From: an uncultured Haloferula sp.
Lineage (GTDB): Bacteria; Verrucomicrobiota; Verrucomicrobiia; Verrucomicrobiales; Akkermansiaceae
Direction of reading: 5' to 3'
DNA: 64,000 nt
NCBI GenBank assembly: GCA_965652295.1
Contig: CBFGTS010000003.1
Location: 96,001 to 160,000, forward strand
The notes beneath the pieces were generated by a model. It saw nothing but the letters and a program-made list of their open reading frames with translations. It did not search any database and was not told the origin of the DNA. Within the stretch, counting starts at the first letter, position 1. Every line of letters starts with the position of its first letter. Position numbers and translations under genes: made by a program. This document shows, piece by piece, positions 1 through 9,203 of this stretch.

Positions 1-1263
1 GCGGATGGCGCATCCGTAGGCGATGTCGTCGTCGCTATCGAGCGTCAGCGTGCTGGGTACCGACGAAGTATTGGTGATCAGGCCCCCGGCGAGGCCGGCG
101 AGATTCCCGAGGGTCGGGCTGTAGCCGTTGAGATCGACCGAACCGCCGGTGAAGTCCAACGACGACCCGGCCGGACCGAGTCCGAGTTCATTCTCGAGGA
201 TGATCGCCCCCAGCTCCACGAGTGTGCCACCGGAATAGGTGTTGGCATTGGTCAGGAACAAGGTGCCCGGACCGGTCTTCTTCAGCTGACCGGTGCCAGA
301 AATCACCGAGTCCACCGTAAGCGGACTGCTGGACTTCACATTCCACGTCTGGTCGGCTCCGAGGATCACCTCGCCCGTGGTATCGATGTACATTCCGAAC
401 GAGTTCTCCTCGAGCCAGATGCCATCGGCCCCGAGAGTCAGGTCGTGAGTGCCGCTGATCCCGATCGGACCGAAGTCGTCCTTCACCAGCAGACCGCGGA
501 CGTTCTGCGCTGCGCCCAGCACGGTATCGAAATTGAAAAAATCGTTGGCAGTGGTCGCGGCGAAGGCCACCACCGAGCTACCGTCGGTCGGCAGCGCAAC
601 GCCGCCGCCCGCGCCTGCCTCGTCCGCCGTCCAATTGGCCGACGTCCACATGGCATCCGCCTCGCCGGTCCAAAATAAATCCGGTTCCGGCGGCGGAACG
701 ACGACCACCGTGTTCCGCAAGTTATCGATATGGATCGTCACAAAATCCGTCGATGCGCCGCCGTTGGGATAGGCCGTACGCACCAGCAGCTGACCCCATT
801 CGTTGCCGGTGGCCCAGTTATAAGCCTGAGCCACGGTCAGCGGGATCGTCACGGTATGCGGATTCCCGTCCGCCGGAACCGCCTGTCCCGGGAGTTCCGT
901 CCAGGCGAGTTTGTCCCCCTGCGCGACAAACGTGAACCATAGGTCGCCGACCCCGGGGAAACCGGGATCTGGATAAGTGACGTCAATTTTAAGTTCGGTG
1001 GCGTCCTTGAAGATCGCCTGCCGTTGCTCCGCCGAAAGACCGAGAGCCACGGGCGCGTTCCACCACATACCGCTGTTAACCATCGAGACCGCGAGCGACT
1101 GGGTTCCATCGGTAACACCGGTGGTTGAAACAGCCGCCGTGTTGGGAGCGTTGGCAGTCCACCCCTCGGTGTCGGTTTCCCAGGAATAGAGGAGCTCGGC
1201 CGAGGCGCTGATCGGAACAAGAGGCAGGGCGAAGAAAGTGAGTGTGTGGATTTTTGACTTCAT
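1..1263 (-). CDS. Secreted protein with N-terminal CBM-like beta-sandwich and autotransporter-associated beta-strand repeat (3' end runs off the window)
   Basis: Not in the ORF track. Translated by hand from the ATG at 1263: MKSKIHTLTFFALPLVPISASAELLYSWETDTEGW... signal peptide, then ISGTGQLKKTGPGTLFLTNANTYSGGTLVELG (passenger-associated repeat). Open to position 1. Confidence 0.85.
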   Translation of the reverse strand, partial: MKSKIHTLTFFALPLVPISASAELLYSWETDTEGWTANAPNTAAVSTTGVTDGTQSLAVSMVNSGMWWNAPVALGLSAEQRQAIFKDATELKIDVTYPDPGFPGVGDLWFTFVAQGDKLAWTELPGQAVPADGNPHTVTIPLTVAQAYNWATGNEWGQLLVRTAYPNGGASTDFVTIHIDNLRNTVVVVPPPEPDLFWTGEADAMWTSANWTADEAGAGGGVALPTDGSSVVAFAATTANDFFNFDTVLGAAQNVRGLLVKDDFGPIGISGTHDLTLGADGIWLEENSFGMYIDTTGEVILGADQTWNVKSSSPLTVDSVISGTGQLKKTGPGTLFLTNANTYSGGTLVELGAIILENELGLGPAGSSLDFTGGSVDLNGYSPTLGNLAGLAGGLITNTSSVPSTLTLDSDDDIAYGCAIR

Positions 1264-1318
1264 GGATGTGAGCTGGGTTTCGGGGAACCTCGCGCGGAAA
1301 ACGCGGCCGGGGGGACCT

Positions 1319-1987
1319 TCAGCGGCGCTTCCGAATCAGGAGACCAAGAACGCCGAGGCCTCCCAAGGCCGCCACGCCCGGCTCGGGCACTCCGGTGAGC
1401 TGGATGTTGTCCACGTACACCTGCTGCGGCGTGTAGGCGGTGCCGGACGTATTCGCGCCATCCCACATCCATTCATACCCCGGATTGATATTCAGGGTGA
1501 TGTCAGGACCGGCAGTCGCCGCGGGAAACGTGCCGGCAGCGCTGTAGTCGAACGTGAAGTGAACGATCTGGTCCTTGGACGCCGAAACGTTGGTGGTGGC
1601 CCATCCGGAGGAGTAGGCAGCGCCCCCGTTAAGCTGGAACTCAACCCGGATGTTGACGTTGCTCCCAAGCCAGCCCGAGGACGGAAGAATCAGGTCGAAC
1701 TCGACCTTCGAGTGGCTGTTCAGGTTGGCAACCGTGAGGTTTCCGGTGGCCCAGGAAGGGATCGTCATCTCGCCCCAATACTGGGACACTGTCGCATCAC
1801 CCCAGCCCCCGGTACCCGGCGACGGTGCCGTGGCGGTGGCCAGGCTTACCACGCCCCAGTTTTGCACGGGGGAGGTGCCGCTTTCGAAGTCAGCAAGTGT
1901 CACCGCGCCTTGGGAGACGCCGCCGCTAAGGTGAACCGCGGCCACGATGAGGGCCACGCCGACAAGGGATGATGGATGGGATTTCAT
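1319..1987 (-). CDS. PEP-CTERM sorting domain protein, CBM-like
   Basis: Signal peptide MKSHPSSLVGVALIVAAV; C-terminus VPEPGVAALGGLGVLGLLIRKRR; Trp-rich body. Confidence 0.9.
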   Translation of the reverse strand: MKSHPSSLVGVALIVAAVHLSGGVSQGAVTLADFESGTSPVQNWGVVSLATATAPSPGTGGWGDATVSQYWGEMTIPSWATGNLTVANLNSHSKVEFDLILPSSGWLGSNVNIRVEFQLNGGAAYSSGWATTNVSASKDQIVHFTFDYSAAGTFPAATAGPDITLNINPGYEWMWDGANTSGTAYTPQQVYVDNIQLTGVPEPGVAALGGLGVLGLLIRKRR

Positions 1988-2110
1988 TGGGATCTGGGGT
2001 GACCCCACACCAAAAGTCGCACGCTTGATGTGGACAGCTGGCGGGAGGATGAGATGTATTCAAACACGGCGTATGTTGGATGATCCACCATTCTGTGTAG
2101 TGGTTTTCGC

Positions 2111-2128
2111 ATCCCCCAAAATGGTGAG
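2111..2128. promoter_or_regulatory. Candidate CAZyme-regulon box
   Basis: ATCCCCCAAAATGGTGAG, about 125 bp upstream of the PEP-CTERM gene. Confidence 0.5.
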
Positions 2129-2402
2129 ACCGGAAGGCCCGCGAACCGCCTGCCATGCCGTGCACGGAATCGAATTGCTTGCTCTCGCTGTCAATTCTGC
2201 GCCGACGCCACCATCGACGCATCGGACCGGGGAAACGGATCCTCCAAGTCGCCACCTTGGTCGCCTGACACCTTTCCTGCGGCCCCCTCTCCGCCGTTCC
2301 GAAGACGTTCCGTTAACAGCGTGCTGTCGGGGCGTTTCACCTCGACGGCACCGAGCACGCGACAGAGGAGAACAAGTCGATGCAGCCTCTGTGGAAAATG
2401 TC

Positions 2403-2420
2403 TTCCCCCGATTTAGGGGG
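2403..2420. promoter_or_regulatory. Candidate CAZyme-regulon box
   Basis: TTCCCCCGATTTAGGGGG in the divergent intergenic region. Confidence 0.45.
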
Positions 2421-2554
2421 CGATCGGCGTTGTGTCCGGCCGCCCGGTAGAAAAGCGCCTCCGTCCATGTTGCCCTCGGAGTCTGCCACCACAACCATCG
2501 CCAAGCATGAGTGGGGCCTTGGCCATGCCTTGCGGGCCATCAAATCGCTCCCGG

Positions 2555-2572
2555 CTCCCCCGATTCAGGGAG
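2555..2572. promoter_or_regulatory. Candidate CAZyme-regulon box
   Basis: CTCCCCCGATTCAGGGAG, about 95 bp upstream of the GH2 start. Confidence 0.55.
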
Positions 2573-2667
2573 ACGTCTCCGCTTCACCGGAAACCTCCTC
2601 CCTGCTATCCGAGGTCGTCCGCGGCAACGCGCGGTCGTCATCGGCACATACCATCATCCCCATCCTC

Positions 2668-5340
2668 ATGGCCCGTTTGTTTCATCCCAGCCCCCTTCTG
2701 CCTCCCCTCCGCGCCGCCACCTTGCTCGGCTGGCTCCTTTCCCTCGGCTCCCTCGCCGCCGCTCCGCAGACGCTCCGCCACTACCTCTCCGGTAGCGACG
2801 CGGAGAACACGGTGCCGTGGGAGTTCCACTGCTCCGGCGGACGCAACAGCGGGAAGTGGACGACGATTGGCGTGCCGTCGTGCTGGGAACTCCAGGGCTT
2901 CGGCTCCTTCCGCTACGGTTTCAGCGACCAATATCACGAGCCGATCCGCGGCGATTACCGCCACCGTTTCCACGTGCCCGCCAAATGGAACGAGCTGCGG
3001 GTTTTCATCGTGTTCGATGGCGTGATGACCGACGCCACGGTGAAGATCAACGGCACCCAGGCAGGCCCGGCCCACCAGGGCGCCTTCTATCGTTTCAAAT
3101 ACGACATCACGAAACTGCTCCGCTTCGGCGGAGAGAACCTGCTGGAGGTTTCCGTGCTCGACCAATCGACGGACGCCTCCGTCAACCAGGCGGAGCGCGA
3201 GGCGGACTACTGGATCTTCGGCGGGATCTTCCGCCCGGTCTGGCTTCAGGCCGAGCCCGCACAGTTCATTGATCGGGTGGCCATCGACGCGAAAGCCGAC
3301 GGGTCCTTCACGCTCGACTATTTTCTCGGCGGCAAGGGCGATGCCGACACGGTCCGCATGGCTCTGCTGGATGCGAAAGGAAAACCCGTAGGCGAAATCG
3401 CGAGCACCCCCGTAGCGACTGGCCGGATTTCCACGAAAGTTTCCCAACCGTCGCTGTGGAGCGCCGAAACGCCGGTGCTGCACACCGCCGTGGTCCGGCT
3501 CGAAAAGAGCGGGACGGTTCTCCACGAGATTCAGCAACGCTTCGGTTTCCGCACCGTCGAGGTGCGCGCTGACGATGGTGTTTATGTCAACGGCCGCCGC
3601 GTGATGATGCGCGGCGTCTGCCACCACGTCGCGTGGCCGACGCTCGGCCGGGCGTCGTCGCCACGCATCGCCGCGCTGGATCTGGATCTGATCCAGGAAA
3701 TGAACATGAACGCCGTGCGGATGAGCCACTATCCGCCCGACAAGGAGTTCCTGGAGATGTGCGACGAACGCGGGCTCTACGTCATCAACGAACTCGCTGG
3801 CTGGCAGGCGAAATACGACACCGGAGTCGGCGGCAAGCTGGTCCATGAAATGATCGCCCGCGACGTCAACCACCCGAGCATTCTCTTCTGGGCGAACGGC
3901 AACGAGGGCGGCTTCAATTTCGAACTCGACGATCTTTACTCCAAGCTCGATCCGCAACAGCGGCCGGTCCTCCACCCGTGGTCGCACTTCCGCGAGTTCG
4001 AGACGAAACATTACCCTGACTACAAGAAGCTGACCGAAATGCTCGCCAGCGACGCCATCGTCATGCCCACCGAGTTCCTCCACGGGCTCTACGATGGTGG
4101 CCACGGCGCAGGTTTGGAGGACTACTGGAACGCGATGCGCGGCACGAAGAATGCCGCCGGCGGCTTCCTCTGGGTCTTCGCCGACGAGGGCGTCCAGCGA
4201 GCTGACATGGACGGCGCGATCGATGTCGCCGGAAACAGCGCGCCGGACGGCATCGTCGGACCTTTCCGGGAAAAGGAAGGAAGCTTCCACACCATCCGGC
4301 AGCTCTGGTCGCCGGTGCAACTGCCCGATGACCTGCCCGCGGACTTCGACGGCACGCTGCCGGTCGGGAATCGCTACGACTTCACCCCGCTGTCCCACTG
4401 CAGCTTCCGCTGGCAGCTCCGCCGTTTTCCCGCACCGCCGACCGCTGGGGACGGCACCCCCGAGATCGCCGTCCTCGATGAACGCACACAACCCGGCCCG
4501 GATATCGCTCCGGGAGAAACCGGCGCGCTCCACCTGGCTCTGCCCACGGGGTGGCGGGAGAGGAACGCCGACGCGCTCGCCATCACCCCGGTCGATAAAA
4601 ACGGCCGCGAACTGTGGACCTGGATCTATCCGCTGACATCCGCGTGGACGCCTCCCGGGGAAGCCCTCAAGCCGCCGTCCACGGGTCATGAAGGACACTT
4701 GAAAAGCGGCGATGCTGAACTGCGGGTCGATCCCGAGACCGGAAGTCTGTCGGAAGTCGAAATCGCCGGCCGCGCCTTCTCCCTTCGCGGCGGCCCGATT
4801 CCAGGAGCAAAATGGCAGGCGCTCGATTCCGGTTGGTTCCAGCTCGACTACACCGCGGACCCCGCCACGCCCGGCGTCGTCGGCGTCGCCTTCGATTACC
4901 CCGAGGACAAGATGCTCTCCAAAACCTGGCTCTGCGACGGCCCCTGCCGGGTCTGGCGCAACCGACGGAAAGGCGTTTCACCCGGCGTCTGGCGCACCGA
5001 TGTCAACCGCTCCGAGCCATGGGCCTACCCGGAGTTCGACGGTTATTTCTCCGGCGTCCGCTGGCTGCGTCTGACCACCACCGAGGGTGCGGTCACGTTG
5101 GTCATTCCTGACGACGAAAAGTTCGTCCGCGTCGGCACGCCCCACTCTCCCGGGTGGAAACTGATGTCGAAGATGGCGACAACCTACCCACCCGGGAATC
5201 TCGCCGTGCTGGGAGACATTCCGGCCATCGGCACCAAGTTCCAGACTGCGGGCCAGACCGGGCCCCAAGCCACCACTCCCTTGGTCACCACTCCCTATCA
5301 AGGAACCCTCTATCTCCGGTTTGATTCGCTCGATCAATGA
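2668..5340 (+). CDS. GH2 glycoside hydrolase (beta-galactosidase-like)
   Basis: DYWIFGGIFRPV, RFGFRTVE, MNAVRMSHYPP, NHPSILFWANGNE (acid/base) and PTEFLHG (nucleophile). Start moved to the ATG before the signal peptide. Confidence 0.9.
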   Translation: MARLFHPSPLLPPLRAATLLGWLLSLGSLAAAPQTLRHYLSGSDAENTVPWEFHCSGGRNSGKWTTIGVPSCWELQGFGSFRYGFSDQYHEPIRGDYRHRFHVPAKWNELRVFIVFDGVMTDATVKINGTQAGPAHQGAFYRFKYDITKLLRFGGENLLEVSVLDQSTDASVNQAEREADYWIFGGIFRPVWLQAEPAQFIDRVAIDAKADGSFTLDYFLGGKGDADTVRMALLDAKGKPVGEIASTPVATGRISTKVSQPSLWSAETPVLHTAVVRLEKSGTVLHEIQQRFGFRTVEVRADDGVYVNGRRVMMRGVCHHVAWPTLGRASSPRIAALDLDLIQEMNMNAVRMSHYPPDKEFLEMCDERGLYVINELAGWQAKYDTGVGGKLVHEMIARDVNHPSILFWANGNEGGFNFELDDLYSKLDPQQRPVLHPWSHFREFETKHYPDYKKLTEMLASDAIVMPTEFLHGLYDGGHGAGLEDYWNAMRGTKNAAGGFLWVFADEGVQRADMDGAIDVAGNSAPDGIVGPFREKEGSFHTIRQLWSPVQLPDDLPADFDGTLPVGNRYDFTPLSHCSFRWQLRRFPAPPTAGDGTPEIAVLDERTQPGPDIAPGETGALHLALPTGWRERNADALAITPVDKNGRELWTWIYPLTSAWTPPGEALKPPSTGHEGHLKSGDAELRVDPETGSLSEVEIAGRAFSLRGGPIPGAKWQALDSGWFQLDYTADPATPGVVGVAFDYPEDKMLSKTWLCDGPCRVWRNRRKGVSPGVWRTDVNRSEPWAYPEFDGYFSGVRWLRLTTTEGAVTLVIPDDEKFVRVGTPHSPGWKLMSKMATTYPPGNLAVLGDIPAIGTKFQTAGQTGPQATTPLVTTPYQGTLYLRFDSLDQ

Positions 5341-5357
5341 TCGTTCCCCGGGAGAGC

Positions 5358-5375
5358 ATCCCTGCAATGGGGGGT
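5358..5375. promoter_or_regulatory. Candidate CAZyme-regulon box
   Basis: ATCCCTGCAATGGGGGGT; its first 16 nt are the exact reverse complement of part of the 20362 site. Confidence 0.6.
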
Positions 5376-5468
5376 GTCAAAACCACCACTTGGAGCGATG
5401 GACACGGGCTTCACGTCGCCTGCATTCTTCCTGATGCCCCGGCGACCGAAAGATAGATCCAGGAACTC

Positions 5469-6266
5469 ATGACGCATCGGCACCAGCTCCGCACCTTCAC
5501 CGTCTGCCTCACGGCGGTTGCCTCCCTGTTCGCCGCCTCCGTGGTCATGGCGGAGGGAACCTCCGAGGACTTCGCGAGGATCCACTTTTCAAAATACTTC
5601 CTCAACAACAACGTCTGGGGCCGGAGCGATTCACCTTCCGGCTGGAACGCCATCTGGAACAGCAACGATTCTTCGCCCGCGGGATGGGGCACCGCCTACG
5701 ACTGGCCGGTCGGCTCCAGTCCCCATTCCGTCAAAGCCTACCCGGGCATCGTCTCCGGCTGGCACTGGGGTACATGGTCCGAAAACTCCGGCCTGCCCGT
5801 TCGCATCTGGGACAACAACAAGGTCCACACCACTGCGGAGATCTCGATCTCCAATGCCGGCGTGCAGAACGCTGCCTACGACTGCTGGTTTCACACCATC
5901 TCCAACCCGACCTGGCAAGACAACCCGACGGACGAGCTGATGATCTGGACCGCCTCCTACGGTGACGCCGGACCTCTGGGGACTCATCAGGACACCGTCT
6001 GGATCGGCGGAGCAGAGTGGAAGCTCTACAAGGGAGCCATCGGTACGCCAGGCGAAGGAGGATGGAACGTCTTCTCGTTCGTCCGGACCTCCAACACCAC
6101 CTCCTGGACTCTCGACATCCGCGACTTCATCCACCACATCGTGTATGCGAAGGCCTGGATGACCAACTCCAAATATCTCACCAGCGTACAGTTCGGAACA
6201 GAGATCTTCAGCACCACTGGGTTTGGGCAGCTGAACGTCTCGAACTACCGGGTGGACATCAACTGA
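5469..6266 (+). CDS. GH12 endo-beta-glucanase/xyloglucanase
   Basis: NNVWG, VKAYP, AAYDCWF, ELMIW and QFGTE GH12 motifs; signal peptide. Confidence 0.9.
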   Translation: MTHRHQLRTFTVCLTAVASLFAASVVMAEGTSEDFARIHFSKYFLNNNVWGRSDSPSGWNAIWNSNDSSPAGWGTAYDWPVGSSPHSVKAYPGIVSGWHWGTWSENSGLPVRIWDNNKVHTTAEISISNAGVQNAAYDCWFHTISNPTWQDNPTDELMIWTASYGDAGPLGTHQDTVWIGGAEWKLYKGAIGTPGEGGWNVFSFVRTSNTTSWTLDIRDFIHHIVYAKAWMTNSKYLTSVQFGTEIFSTTGFGQLNVSNYRVDIN

Positions 6267-6286
6267 CCCGCCATCGGTGCAGAAAC

Positions 6287-6318
6287 AGGGAGCGGCGGTA
6301 TGGGTTCCGCCGCTCCCT
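6287..6318 (+). terminator. Stem-loop downstream of GH12
   Basis: Perfect 12-bp stem AGGGAGCGGCGG/CCGCCGCTCCCT; no clear U-tract. Confidence 0.55.
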
Positions 6319-6513
6319 CATGTACGTTTACGGGTCCGAATCGACCACGTGAGGGACGGATCGATGGAGCAACAAAAGGACGATCCGTCATATTTGTTTT
6401 ATACCACCAAGATAAAATAGATATCAAGAAGACCGGATTTGCCTCCTTTACGTCTTCGCGGCGAACCATCCAATCCAACCGACGTTGCACGGTGCGGCGC
6501 GAATCCGTTTGCC

Positions 6514-6531
6514 GTCACCCGATCAGGGGAA
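6514..6531. promoter_or_regulatory. Candidate CAZyme-regulon box
   Basis: GTCACCCGATCAGGGGAA, about 115 bp upstream of GH5. Confidence 0.5.
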
Positions 6532-6644
6532 TCAAGAACCCCTCCTCAAGGCGATGGACCAGCGATTGAATTTCAACTTCGATGAGCAATCCTCATTCTG
6601 GCGGCTTCTCACCCACCATTTTGAGCGAAAACCAAAAACACCCA

Positions 6645-8201
6645 ATGAACCATCGACTCCTATCCATCATTTCATCGATCGCATCAGCATGGATGCTTTC
6701 GACCTCCGCCTCCGCTCAGCTTCCCAGTCCGTGTTACGGCTGGAACCTCGGGAACACCCTTGAGCCGCCGAACGGAGAAGGAACCTGGGGGCCCGCCGCC
6801 ACCCAGAATCTAATCAACTCCGTCGCCGACACCGGCTTCAACACGATCCGCATTCCGTGCGCCTGGGACAGCAACGCCAACCAGTCCACGCGGGTGATCA
6901 ACCCGACCTACATGGCGCGGGTCAAACAGGTTGTCGACTGGAGTCTCGCTAGGAACATGCATGTCGTCATCAACTGCCACTGGGACAACGGGTGGCTGGA
7001 GAACAACATCACCGACACGGTGGACTCCACCATCAACGCGAAGATGCAGTCCTACTGGACGCAGATTGCGAACACCTTCGCCAGCTACGACCAGCGCTTG
7101 CTCTTCGCCGGCGCGAATGAACCCGATTGCGACACCGCTGCCGAGTGGGCGACCTTGCGGAGCTACTACAACACCTTCATCAGCGCCGTCCGCGCCACCG
7201 GGGGCAACAACGCTTCCCGTTGGCTCGTGGTCCAAGGACCCAAGACCAACATCGATCTCTCCGACCAGCTGGTCTCGTCCCTGCCAAACGATCCCACCCC
7301 CGGCCGCCTGGCATTCGAGGTCCACTTCTACGATCCCTACCAGTGGACGATCATGCCCCAGGACGAAAGCTGGGGAAAAACATTCTACTTCTGGGGGCAG
7401 GGCTACCATCATGCCACCCGGACCGACCGCAACGCCACCTGGGGGGAGGAAAGCTACGTCGATTCCCAGTTCCAGAAGATGGTCGACAAGTTCTCCAACA
7501 ACGGCGTCCCCGTCATCATCGGCGAGTTCACCGCCATGAAGCGCACCGGCCTTTCGGACCTCACCGGGACCGACTTCGACCTTCACGTCGCCGCGCGCAC
7601 CTATTTCCACAAATACGTCGTCGATGCCGCCAACAGCAGGGGCATCAAGCCGATCTACTGGGACGTCGCCGGTCTCATGTTCAACTGGAGCACCGGAGCA
7701 GTCACGGACAGGGACAACAAGAACGCCTTGACCGGAGGAGCCGCCCTTCCGGCTCCCGGAAGCGGCCCGATCGCCAACGGCACCTATCAGCTCGTGGCCC
7801 GGCACAGCGGCAAAGCCCTCGAAACCGTCAACTTCGGAACCACCAATGGAACCCAGGTTCAGCAATGGGGCTACTGGGGTGGCTCCAACCAGAGATGGCA
7901 GGTCACGAAGAACAGCGACAACACCTACCGCATCATCGGCGTCCACAGCGGCAAGAGCCTCGACATCAGTGGCTGGAGCAGCTCGAACGGTGCCAAGGTC
8001 CAGCTGTGGGATTACTTCGGTGGCTCCAATCAGAAGTTCATCCTTACCGCCACGGGCAACGGATATTATCGCATTTCCCCCCAACACGCGCCGAACTCGT
8101 GCCTCGACGTCAGCTCCTACTCGTCGGCCGACGGTGCCATCGTCCACCTCTGGCAATGGTTCGGCTCAGCCAACCAGCAGTGGAGCTTCCAGGCCCCGTA
8201 A
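6645..8201 (+). CDS. GH5 (probably GH5_4) endoglucanase/xyloglucanase with C-terminal ricin-type CBM13
   Basis: GWNLGNTLE, AGANEP and IIGEF catalytic motifs; QxW repeats (QQW, QRW, QLW) in the C-terminal ~140 aa. Confidence 0.92.
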   Translation: MNHRLLSIISSIASAWMLSTSASAQLPSPCYGWNLGNTLEPPNGEGTWGPAATQNLINSVADTGFNTIRIPCAWDSNANQSTRVINPTYMARVKQVVDWSLARNMHVVINCHWDNGWLENNITDTVDSTINAKMQSYWTQIANTFASYDQRLLFAGANEPDCDTAAEWATLRSYYNTFISAVRATGGNNASRWLVVQGPKTNIDLSDQLVSSLPNDPTPGRLAFEVHFYDPYQWTIMPQDESWGKTFYFWGQGYHHATRTDRNATWGEESYVDSQFQKMVDKFSNNGVPVIIGEFTAMKRTGLSDLTGTDFDLHVAARTYFHKYVVDAANSRGIKPIYWDVAGLMFNWSTGAVTDRDNKNALTGGAALPAPGSGPIANGTYQLVARHSGKALETVNFGTTNGTQVQQWGYWGGSNQRWQVTKNSDNTYRIIGVHSGKSLDISGWSSSNGAKVQLWDYFGGSNQKFILTATGNGYYRISPQHAPNSCLDVSSYSSADGAIVHLWQWFGSANQQWSFQAP

Positions 8202-8229
8202 CCCACCGTTGCGAAAAACGAAAACCCAA

Positions 8230-8252
8230 GGCGGCGGAAACTCTCCGCCGCC
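8230..8252 (+). terminator. Stem-loop after GH5
   Basis: GGCGGCGGA-AACTC-TCCGCCGCC, 9-bp stem. Confidence 0.45.
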
Positions 8253-8269
8253 GCATCTTATCCGGCCCG

Positions 8270-9166
8270 GTGAAAAGAAACATCGCCCTGATCTCAGCTG
8301 GTCTCGCAACCTCCTGCGCGGGCGTCTTTCTGTGGCACGCTTCCACCCGCCGCATCGCCACGCCCATGATGAAACCGACAGCGGTCGCGGTGCCGGAGCC
8401 GTCCGCCGCTCATCCGGGCCCCACACGTGGCCTGCCCGGAAAATCCCGCTCTCGCGAGAACCCGGATCCGGCCGGGTTCGCCGACCGGATCCGCGCCGCG
8501 CTGGCCTCGCCGGATGCCACCCGGCAGCCGGACCTCGTCGCCCGGTTGCTCGCGGAATGGGTGGAGGCCGATCCGCAAGCTGCCGCCCGTTTTGCCGAAA
8601 CGAGCGACATCGCCGGCGACCATGCATGGATCCTTCATCGCGTTGCCCAGCTTTGGGCCGAGCGCGACACCCAGGCCGCCCTCGCATGGGCAGGGAGCCT
8701 TCCGGAACCGGGGGAAAAGGACGCCATGCTCACCGACGTCTGCCTGCAACTCTCCGCGACCGACCCCGCGGAAGCCGTCCGGACCCTGGCCCAACAGATC
8801 CCCGGAGAAAATCCGCACGGCGGTCTGGAGGTCCTCGCCCAGCGATGGGCCGAGCACGACTTCACGGCGGCGCGCGATTGGGCCCTGTCCCGACCCGATG
8901 GCTGGCGCCGCGACCGTCTGATCGCCCGCCTCGCCCAGTCGCAGGCCCAACAAGCTCCGCGGGACGCGGCCGCTCTCGTGGCAGACGAAATCACCGAAGG
9001 TGCCACCCAAACCGAAGCCGTCCTCGCAGTACTACATCAATGGGCCATCCAGGATGCCGCGGCCGCGACGGAGTGGATCGAGCTTTTCCCCGACAGCGGA
9101 GTGCGGACCCGCGCCTTCGCCGAAATCGACGGCATCGCGCGATACCGCTCGCAAAGCGATCACTGA
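8270..9166 (+). CDS. Hypothetical alpha-helical repeat protein (verrucomicrobial type)
   Basis: 3' part of ORF 7127-9166, taken from the GTG at 8270; N-terminal hydrophobic anchor; repeated W-x3-D-x2-A-A-x2-W units. Confidence 0.7.
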   Translation: MKRNIALISAGLATSCAGVFLWHASTRRIATPMMKPTAVAVPEPSAAHPGPTRGLPGKSRSRENPDPAGFADRIRAALASPDATRQPDLVARLLAEWVEADPQAAARFAETSDIAGDHAWILHRVAQLWAERDTQAALAWAGSLPEPGEKDAMLTDVCLQLSATDPAEAVRTLAQQIPGENPHGGLEVLAQRWAEHDFTAARDWALSRPDGWRRDRLIARLAQSQAQQAPRDAAALVADEITEGATQTEAVLAVLHQWAIQDAAAATEWIELFPDSGVRTRAFAEIDGIARYRSQSDH

Positions 9167-9203
9167 GCGGAAACCGCCGCCACCACTCGAATCGCTCGGG
9201 ACC

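Noticed and set aside
7127..8269. 5' extension of the 679-aa ORF 7127-9166
   Set aside because: It overlaps GH5 in another frame and is R/P-rich noise; only the part from GTG 8270 looks coding.
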